DNA of 64,000 nucleotides, taken from the human T2T-CHM13v2.0 reference genome, Homo sapiens. Location of the stretch: assembly GCF_009914755.1 (NCBI RefSeq), contig NC_060933.1; one strand, written 5' to 3'. Below the pieces are notes generated by a model, which had not been told where the DNA came from, made no database searches, and saw only the letters and a program-made list of their open reading frames with translations. A program made the position numbers and the translations under genes. Of this stretch, positions 44,901-55,839 are shown in pieces (the first letter of the stretch is position 1; the number at the start of each line of letters is the position of its first letter).

Positions 44901-47900
44901 GTAAAGGAATGGAAAGGAATGGAATGGAATGGAATGGATGGAATGGAAGGGAATGGAATCAACTCGATTGCAATCCAATGGAATGGAATGGAAATAACCC
45001 GAATAGAATGGAATGGAATGGAATGGAATGGAACGGAACGGAATGGAACGGAACGGAATGGAATGGAATGGAATGGAATGGAACGGAAAGTAACGGAATG
45101 GAATGGAATCTAATGGAATGGAATGGAATGGACTGGAATCAACGCGAGAGCAGGGGAATGGAATGGAAGGAATGCAATGGAATGGAATCTTCCGGAATGG
45201 AATAGAATGGAATGGAATGGAATGGAATGGAATGGAATCAACCCGAGTGCAATGGAATGGAGTGAAATGGAATGGAATGGAACAACCCGAATGGAATGGA
45301 ATGTAATGGAGAGTAAGGGAGTTGAATAGAATCAATCCGAATGTAATGGAATGGAATGGAACAGAATGGAATTGAATGGAATGCAACGGAATGCAATGGA
45401 ATGGAATGGAATGGAAAGGAAAAGAATGGAATGGAATGGAATGCAATGGAATGGAATCAACCCGAGTACAGGGGAATGGAATGGAATGGAACGCAATGGA
45501 ATGGAATCTTCCGGAATGTAATGTAATGGAATGGAATGGAATGGAATGCAATGGATTTAACTCGATTGCAATGGAATGGAATAGAATGGAATGGAATGGA
45601 ATGGAATGGAATTAACCCGAATAAAATGGAATGGAATGGAATGGAACGGAACGGAACGGAACGGAACGGAACGGAACGGAATGGAATGGAATGGAATGGA
45701 ATGGAATGGAATGGAATTGTATGGAATGGAATGGAATGGTATGGAATAGAATGGAATGGAAAGAATTGGAATGGAATGGAATCGAATGGAATGGAATGGA
45801 ATGGAATGGAATTAACCCGAGTGCAGGGGAATGTAATGGAACGGAATGCAATGGAATGGAATCATCCGGAATGGAATGGAATGGAATGCAATGGAATGGA
45901 ATGGAACGGAATCAACCCGAGTGCAATGGAATGGAGTGAAATGGAATGGAATGGAATGGAAACAACCAGAATGGATTGGAATATAATGGAGTGTAAGGGA
46001 ATTGAATAGAATCAATCTGAATGTAATGAAATGGAATGGAACGGAATGGAATGGAATGGAATGGAATGGAATGCAATGGAATGGAATCAACCCGAGTGCA
46101 ATCGAATGGAATTGAAAGGAATGGAATGCAATGGAATGGATTCAACTTGAATGGAATGGAAAGAATGGAATCAACACGAGTGGAATGGCATGGATTGGAA
46201 TGGAATGGAATGGAATCAACCCGAGTACAGGGGAATGGAATGGAATGGAATGCAATGGAATGGAATCATCCGTAATGGAATGGAAAGGAATGGAATGAAA
46301 CGGAATGGAATGGAATGGAATGGAATCAACTCGATTGCAATCGAATGGAATGGAATGGAATTAACAGAATAGAATGGAATGGAATGGAATGGAATGGAAC
46401 GGAACGGAATGGAATGGAATGGAATGGAATGGAATAGAATAGAATGGAAAGGAAGGGAATGGAATGGAATAGAATGGAATGGAATGGAATCAACGCGACT
46501 GCAGGGGAATGGAATGGAATGGAATGCAATGGAATGGAATCTTCCGGAATGGAATGGAATGGAATGGAATGGAATAAACCCGAGTGCAATGGAATGGAGT
46601 GGAATGGAATGGAATGGAATGGAACAACCCGAATGGAATGGAATGTAATGGAGAGTAAGGGAGTTGAATAGAATCAATCCGAATGTAATGGAATGGAATG
46701 GAACGGAATGGAATTGAATGGAATGGAATGGAATGCAATGGAATGGAATCAACCCGAGTGCAATGGAATGGAGAGGAATGGAATGGAATGGAATGGAAAC
46801 GACCCGAATGGAATGGAATGTAATGGAGTGTAAGGGAATTGAATAGAATGAATCCGAATATAAAGGTATGGAATGGAACGGAATGGAATGGAATGGAATG
46901 GAATGGAATGGAATGGAATGCAATAGAATGGAATCAACCCGAGTGCAATCGAATGGAATCGAATGGAATGGAATGCAATGGAATGGATTCAACTTGAATG
47001 GAATGGAAAGAATGGAATCAACACGAGTGGAATGGCATGGATTGGAATGGAATGGAATGGAATCAACCCGAGTACAGGGGAATGGAATGGAATGGAATGC
47101 AATGGAATGGAATCATCCGTAATGGAATGGAAAGGAATGGAATGGAATGGAATGGAATGGAATGGAATGGAATGGAATCAACTCGATTGCAATCGAATGG
47201 AATGGAATGGAATTAACCCGAATAGAATGGAATGGAATGGAATGGAACGGAACGGAATGGAATGGAATGGAATGGAATGGAACGGAATGGAACGGAATGG
47301 AATGGAATGGAATGGAATGGAATGGAATCAACGCGAGTGCAGGGGAATGGAATGGAATGGAATGCAATGGAATGGAATCTTCCGGAATGGAATGGAATGG
47401 AATGGAATGGAATGAAATGCAATGGATTCAACTCGATTGCAATGGAATGGAATAGAATGGAATGGATTGGAATTGAATGGAATTAACCCGAATACAATGG
47501 AATGGAATGGAATGGAACGGAATTGAACGGAATGGAATGGAATGGAATGGAATGGAATGGAATGGAATGGTATGGAATGGAATGGAATGGTACGGAATAG
47601 AATGGAATGGAACGAATTGTAATGAAATGGAATTGAATGGAATGGAATGGAATGGAATCAACCCGAGTGCAGGGGAATGTAATGGAACGGAATGCAATGG
47701 AATGGAATCATCCGGAATGGAATGGAATGGAATGGAATCAACCCAAGTGCAATGGAATGGAGTGGAATGGAATGGAATGGAATGGAACAAACCGAATGGA
47801 ATGGAATGTAATGGAGAGTAAGGGAGTTGAATAGAATCAAACCGAATGTAATGGAATGGAATGCAACGGAATGGAATGGAATGGAATGGAATGGAATGGA

Positions 47901-50900
47901 ATGGAATGCAAAGGAATGGAATCAACCCGAGTGGAATGGCGTGGAATGGAATGCAATGGAATGGAATGGAATGGAATCAACTCGAGTGGAAAGGAATGGA
48001 ATGGAATGGAAAGGAATGGAATGAAATCAACTCGAGTGGAATGGAATGGAATGGAATGGAATGGAATGGATTGCAATGGAATGAAATGGAATGGAATGGA
48101 ATGGAATCAATCATTCCGAGTGGAATGGAAGGGAATGTAATGGAGTGGAAAGAAGGGAATGGAATCAACCCGATTGGAATGCAAGACAATGGAATGGAAT
48201 GGAAAGGAATGGAATGGAATCAACTCGATTGCAATGGAATGGAATGGAATGGAATGGAATGGAATGGAATTAACCGGAATAGAATGGAATGCAATGGAAT
48301 GGAACGGAATGGAATGGAATGGAAGGGAATGGAATCAACACGAGTGCAGGGGAATGGAATGGAATGGAATGCAATGGAATGGAATCATCCGGAATGGAAT
48401 GGAATGGAATGGAATGGAATCAACTCCATTGCAATGGAATGGAATGCAATGGAATGGAATAGAATGGAATGGAATTAACCCGAATAGAATGGAATGCAAT
48501 AGAATGGAATGGAACGGAACTGAATGGAGTGGAATGGAATGGAATGGAATCAACCTGAGTGCAGGGGAATGGAATGGAATGGAATGCAATGGAATGGAAT
48601 CATCCGGAATGGAATGGAATGGAATGGAATGGAATCAAACCGAGTGCAATGGAATGGAGTGAAATGGAATGGAATGGAATGGAAACAACCAGAATGGATT
48701 GGAATATAATGGAGTGTAAGGGAATTCAATAGAATCAATCTGAATGTAATGAAATGGAATGGAACGGAATGGAATGGAATGGAATGGAATCGAGTGGAAT
48801 GGAATGGAATGGAATCAACCAGAGTGCAATGGAATGGATTCGAATGGAATGGAATGGAGTGGAATGGATTCAACCCGAATGGAATGGAAAGGAATGGAAT
48901 CAACCCGAGTGGAATGGCATGGAATGGAATGGAATGGAATGGAATGGAATGGAATGGAATGGAATGGAATGGTTCGGAATAGAATGGATTGGAACAAAAT
49001 GGAATGGAATGGAATGGAATGGAATGGAATGGAATCAAGTCGATTGCAATGGAATGGAATGGAATGGAATGGAACGGATTGGAATGGAATGGAATGGAAT
49101 GGAATGGAATTAAATGGAATGGAATGGAATGGAATAAACCCGAGTGCAGGGGAATGGAATGGAATGGAATGCAATGGAATGGAATGGAATGGAATGGAAT
49201 GGAATAGAATGGAAGAGAATGGAATCAACCCGAGTGGAATGGCATGGAATGGAATGCAATGGAATGGCATGGAATGGAATCATCTCGAGTGGAAAGGAAT
49301 GGAATGGAATGGAAAGGAATGGAATGAAATCAACTCGAGTGGAATGGAATGGAATGCAATGGATTGGAATGGATTGCAATGGAATGAAATGGAATGGAAT
49401 GGAATGGAATAAATCATTCCGAGTGGAATGGAAGGGAATGTAATGGAGTGGAAAGAAGGGAATTGAATCAACCCGAGTGGAATGCAAGGCAATGGAATGG
49501 AATGGAAAGGAATGGAATGGAATCAACTCGATTGCAATGGAATGGAATGGAATGGAATGGAAATAACCCGAATAGAATGGAATGTAATGGAATGGAACGG
49601 AATGTAATGGAATGGAATGGAATCAACACGAGTGCAGGGGAATGGAATGGAAAGGAATGCAATGGAATGGAATCATCCGGAATGGAATGGAATGGAATTA
49701 AATGGAATGGAATGGAATGGAATGGAATCAACTCGATTTCAATGGAATGGATTGGAATAGAATGGAATGGAATTAACACGAATAGAATGGAATGGAATGG
49801 AATGGAACGGAACGGAACGGAAGGAATGGTGTGGAATGGAATGGAATCAACCCAAGTGCAGGGGAATGGAATGGAATGGAATTCAATGGAATGGAATCAT
49901 CCGGAATGGAATGGAATGAAATGGAATGGAATGGAATGGAATGGAATGGAATGGAATGGAATGGAATCAACCCGAGTGCAATGGAATGGAGAGGAATGGA
50001 ATGGAAAGCAAGGGAAACTACCCGAATGGAATGGAATGTAATGGAGTGTAAGGGAATTCAATAGAATCAATCCGAATGTAATGGAATGGAATGGAACGGA
50101 ATGGAATGGAATGGAATGGAATGGAATGGAATGGAATGGAATCAACCCGAGTGCAATCGAATGGAATCGAATGCAATGGAATGCAATGGAATGGATTCAA
50201 CTTGAATGGAATGGAAAGAATGGAATCAACACGAGTGGAATGGCATGGATTGGAACGGAATGGAATGGAATCAACCCGAGTACAGGGGAATGGAATGGAA
50301 TGGAATGCAATGGAATGGAATCATCCGTAATGGAATGGAAAGGAATGGAATGGAATGGAATGGAATGGAAAGGAATGGAATAGAATGGAATGGAATGGAA
50401 TGGAATTGAATGGAATTGAATGGAATCAACTCGATTACAATCGAATGGAATGGAATGGAATTAACGCAAATAGAATGGAATGGAATGGAATGGAATGGAA
50501 CGGAACGGAACGGAATGGAATGGAATGGAATGGAATGGAATGCAATGGAACGGAACGGAATGGAATGGAATGGAATGGAATGGAATGGAATGGAATGGAA
50601 TGGAATGGAATCAACGCGAGTGTAGGGGAATGGAATGGAATGGAATGGAACGCAATGGAATGGAATCTTCCGGAATGGAATTGTATGGAATGGAATGGAA
50701 TGGAATGGAATGGAATGGAATGGAATGGAATTGAATGGAATCAACTGGATTACAATCGAATGGAATGGAATGGAATTAACGCGAATAGAATGGAATGGAA
50801 TGGAATGGAACGGAACGGAACGGAATGGAATGGAATGGAATGGAATGGAATGCAATGGAACGGAACGGAATGGAATGGAATGGAATGGAATGGAATGGAA

Positions 50901-52400
50901 TGGAATCAACGCGAGTGTAGGGGAATGGAATGGAATGGAACGCAATGGAATGGAATCTTCCGGAATGGAATGGTATGGAATGGAATGGAATGGAATGGAA
51001 TGGAATGGAATGCAATGGATTCAACTCGATTGCAATGGAATGGAATAGAATGGAATGGAATGGAATGGAATGGAATGGAATTAACCCGAATAAAATGGAA
51101 TGGAATGGAATGGAACGGAACGGAACGGAACGGAACGGAACGGAACTGAATGGAATGGAATGGAATGTAATGGAATGGAATGGAATTGTATGGAATGGAA
51201 TGGAATGGTATGGAATAGAATGGAATGGAAAGAATTGGAATGGAATGGAATCGAATGGAATGGAATGGAATGGAATGGAATTAACCCGAGTGCAGGGGAA
51301 TGTAATGGAACGGAATGCAATGGAATGGAATCATCCGGAATGGAATGGAATGGAATGCAATGGAATGGAATGGAATGGAATCAACCCGAGTGCAATGGAA
51401 TGGAGTGAAATGGAATGGAATGGAATGGAAACAACCAGAATGGATTGGAATATAATGGAGTGTAAGGGAATTGAATAGAATCAATCTGAATGTAATGAAA
51501 TGGAATGGAACGGAATGGAATGGAATGGAATGGAATGGAATGCAATGGAATGGAATCAACCCGAGTGCAATCGAATGGAATCGAATGGAATGGAATGCAA
51601 TGGAATGGATTCAACTTGAATGGAATGGAAAGAATGGAATCAACACGAGTGGAATGGCATGGATTGGAATGGAATGGAATGGAATCAACCCGAGTACAGG
51701 GGAATGGAATGGAATGGAATGCAATGGAATGGAATCATCCGTAATGGAATGGAAAGGAATGGAATGGAACGGAATGGAATGGAATGGAATGGAATCAACT
51801 CGATTGCAATCGAATGGAATGGAATGGAATTAACCGAATAGAATGGAATGCAATGGAATGGAACGGAACGGAATGGAATGGAATGGAATGGAATGGAATA
51901 GAATGGAACGGAAAGGAAGGGAATGGAATGGAATAGAATGGAATGGAATGGAATCTACGCGACTGCAGGGGAATGGAATGGAATGGAATGCAATGGAATG
52001 GAATCTTCCCGAATGGAATGGAATGGAATGGAATAAACCCGAGTGCAATGGAATGGAGTGGAATGGAATGGAATGGAATGGAACAACCCGAATGGAATGG
52101 AATGTAATGGAGAGTAAGGGAGTTGAATAGAATCAATCCGAATGTAATGGAATGGAAAGGAACGGAATGGAATTGAATGGAATGGAATGGAATGGAATGG
52201 AATGCAATGGAATGGAATCAACCCGAGTGCAATGGAATGGAGAGGAATGGAATGGAATGGAATGGAAACTACCCGAATGGAATGGAATGTAATGGAGTGT
52301 AAGGGAATTGAATAGAATGAATCCGAATGTAATGGAATGGAATGGAACGGAATGGAATGGAATGGAATGGAATGGAATGGAATGGAATGCAATGGAATGG
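41940..52400 (+). repeat. Dispersed ~1.4-kb block in three copies (~41940-43400, ~45460-46930, ~51000-52400)
   Basis: ORF-track offsets of 3518 and 5469 (42633/46151/51620). A 1-bp-shortened ttaac(c/a)gaatag is shared at ~42843, ~46361 and ~51830. Confidence 0.75.
45643..45677 (+). repeat. (GGAAC)7 variant pentamer run
   Basis: Seven consecutive GGAAC units. Related runs lie at ~7401 (5 units), ~42125 (6), ~51112 (7) and ~54136 (5). Confidence 0.85.
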
Positions 52401-54040
52401 AATCAACCCGAGTGCAATCGAATGGAATCGAATGGAATGGAATGCAATGGAATGGATTCAACTTGAATGGAATGGAAAGAATGGAATCAACACTAGTGGA
52501 ATGGCATGGATTGGAATGGAATGGAATGGAATCAACCCGAGTACAGGGGAATGGAATGGAATGGAATGCAATGGATTGGAATCATCCGTAACGGAATGGA
52601 AAGGAATGGAATGGAATGGAATAGAATGGAATGGAATGGAATGGAATCAACTCGATTGCAATCGAATGGAATGGAATGGAATTAACCCGAATAGAATGGA
52701 ATGGAATGGAATGGAACGGAAAGGAATGGAATGGAATGGAATGGAATGGAATGGAATGGAACGGAATGGAACGGAATGGAATGGAATGGAATGCAATGGA
52801 ATGGAATCAACCCGAGTACAATGGAACGGAATGTAATGTAATGTAATGGAATGGAATGGAATGGAATGGAATGGAATGGAATGGAATGGAATCAACGCGA
52901 GTGCAGGGGAATGTAATGGAACGGAATGCAATGGAATGGAATCATCCGGAATGGAATGGAATGGAATGGAATGGAATGGAATGGAATGGAATCAACCCGA
53001 GTGCAATGGAATGGAGTGGAATGGAATGGAATGGAATGGAATGGAACAACGCGAATGGAATGGAATGTAATGGAGAGTAAGGGAGTTGAATAGAATCAAT
53101 CTGAATGTAATGGAACAGAATGCAACGGAATGGAATGGAATGGAATGGAATGGAATGGAATGCAATGGAATGGAATCAACCCGAGTACAATGGAATGGAA
53201 TGGAATGGAATGGAATGGAATGGAATGGAAGGGAATGGAATTGATTGGAATGCCTTCAAACCGAATGGAATGGAAAGGAATGGAATCAACACGAATGGAA
53301 TGGAATGGAATGGAATGGAATGATACGGAATAGAATGGAATGGAACGAAATGGAATGGAATGGAATGGAATGGAATGGAATCGAATGGAATGGAATGGAA
53401 TCGTTCCGAGTGGAATAGGAGGGAATGTATTCGAGTGGAATGGAAAGGAATGGAATCAACCAGAGTAGAATGGAAGGGAATGGAATGGAATGGAAACTAA
53501 TAGAATGGAATCAACCCGAATGGAATGGAATGGAAAGGACTGGAATGGAAAGGAATGGAATGGAATGGAATGGAATGGAATCAACGCGAGTGCAGGGGAA
53601 TGGAATGGAATGGAATGGAATGGAATGGAAAGTAATGGAATGGAATCAACCCGAGTGCAGGGGAACGTAATGGAACGGAATGCAATGGAATGGAATCATC
53701 CGGAATGGAATGGAATGGAATGGAATGGAATGGAATCAACCCGAGTGCAATGGAATGGAGTGGAATGGAATGGAATGGAATGGAACAACCCGAATGGAAT
53801 GGAATGGAATGGAGAGTAATGGAGTTGAAAAGAATCAATCCGAATGTAATGGAATGGAATGGAACGGAATGGAATGGAATGGAATGGAATGGAATGCAAT
53901 GGAATGGAATCAACCCGAGTACAATGGAATGGAACGGAATGGAATGGAATGGAATGGAATGGAATGGAATGGAATGGAATGGAATGCAATGGAATGGAAT
54001 CTTCCGGAATGGAATGGAATTGAATGGAATGGAATGGAAT

Positions 54041-55839
54041 GCAATGGATTCAACTCGATTGCAATGGAATGGAATAGAATGGAATGGAATGGAATGGAAT
54101 GGAATTAAACCGAATAGAATGGAATGGAATGGAATGGAACGGAACGGAACGGAACGGAACGGAGTGGAATGGAATGGAATGGAATTGTATGGAATGGAAT
54201 GGAATGGTACGGAATAGAATGGAATGGAAAGAATTGGAATGGAATGGAATCGAATGGAATGGAATGGAATGGAATGGAATGGAATCAACCGGAGTGCAAT
54301 GGAATGGAGTGGAACGGAATGGAATGGAATAGAACAACCCGAATGGAATGGAATGTAATGGATAGTAAGGGAGTTCAATAGAATCAATGCGAATGTAATG
54401 GAATGGAACGGAATGGAATGGAATGGAATGGAATGGAATGCAATGGAATGGAATCAACCCGAGTACAATGGAACGGAATGTAATGTAATGTAATGGAATG
54501 GAATGGAATGGAATGGAATGGAATGGAATGGAATGGAATCAACCCGAGTGCAATGGAATGGAGAGGAATGGAATGGAATGGAATGGAAACTACCCGAATG
54601 GAATGGAATGTAATGGAGTGTAAGGGAATTGAATAGAATCAATCCGAAAGGAATGGAATGGAATGGAACGGAATGTAATGTAATGGAATGGAATGGAATC
54701 AACCCGAGTGCAGGAGAATGGAATGGAATGGAATGCAATGGAATGGAATCATCCGGAATGGAATGGAATGGAATGCAATGGAATGGAATGGAATGGAATC
54801 AACCTGAGTGCAATGGAATGGACTGAAATGGAATGGAATGGAATGGAAACAACCAGAATGCAATGGAATGCACTCGGGTTGATTCCATTCCATTGCATTC
54901 CATTCCATTCCATTCCATTCCATTCCTTTCCGTTCCATTCCATTTCATTACATTCAGATTGATTCTATTCAATTCCCTTACACTCCATTATATTCCAATC
55001 CATTCTGGTTGTTTCCATTCCATTCCATTCCATTTCACTCCATTCCTTTGCACTCGGGTTGATTCCATTCCATTCCATTCCATTCCATTCCGGATGATTC
55101 CATTCCATTGCATTACATCCCATTCCATTCCCCTGCACTCGGGTTGATTCCATTCCAGTCCATTACATTACATTCCGTTCCATTACATTCCATTCCATTC
55201 GGATTGATTCTATTCAATTCCCTTACACTTCATTACATTCCATTCCATTCGGGTAGTTTCCATTCCATTCCATTCCTTTCCTCTCTATTCCATTGCACTC
55301 GGGTTGATTCCATTCCATTCCATTCCATTCCATTCCATTCCATTCCATTCCATTCCATTCCATTCCATTGTACTCGGGTTCATTCCATTCCATTGCATTC
55401 CATTCCATTCCATTCCGTTCCATTCCGTTCCATTCCATTCCATTACATTCGGATTGATTCTATTCAACTCCCTTACTCTCCATTACATTCCATTCCATTC
55501 GGGTTGTTCCATTCCATTCCATTCCATTCCAATCCATTCCATTGCCCTCGGGTTGGTTCCATTCCATTCCATTCCATTCCATTCCATTCCATTCCATTCG
55601 ATTCGATTCCATTCGATTCATTCCATTCCAATTCTTTCCATTCCATTCTATTCTGTACCATTCCATTCCATTCCATACAATTCCATTCCATTCCATTCCA
55701 TTCCATTCCATTCCATTCGGTTCCGTTCCGTTCCGTTCCGTTCCATACCATTCCATTCCATTCTATTCGGGTTAATTCCATTCCATTCCATTCCATTACA
55801 TTCTATTCCATTTCATTGCAATCGAGTTGAATCCATTGC
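54041..55839. repeat. Imperfect inverted repeat: arms ~54041-54860 and ~55001-55839, spacer ~120-140 bp
   Basis: The same ordered series of variant modules is read toward the junction on both arms, ending in ggaaacaaccagaatg (54845-54860) and cattctggttgtttcc (55001-55016). Confidence 0.85.
54861..54880. other. Inversion breakpoint (strand switch) within the satellite
   Basis: Sequence caatggaaTGCActcgggtt. The palindromic TGCA at 54869-54872 fits both the left GGAATGCA and the reverse-complemented AACCCGAGTGCA. No foreign sequence is inserted. Confidence 0.95.

Larger units (their letters stand above)
1..54870 (+). repeat. HSat3 / Satellite III array, G-rich (GGAAT)n strand on +
   Basis: Continuous GGAAT pentamers with interspersed CAACCCGAGT, CAACTCGATT and TAACCCGAAT 10-mers. 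This is the classical Satellite 3 signature (ATTCC runs plus ACTCGGGTTG). CATTCGATTC-dominated HSat2 structure is absent. Confidence 0.97.

Noticed and set aside
1-54870. Telomeric repeat or EWS-FLI1-type GGAA microsatellite
   Set aside because: The period is 5 (GGAAT), not TTAGGG or tandem GGAA tetramers.
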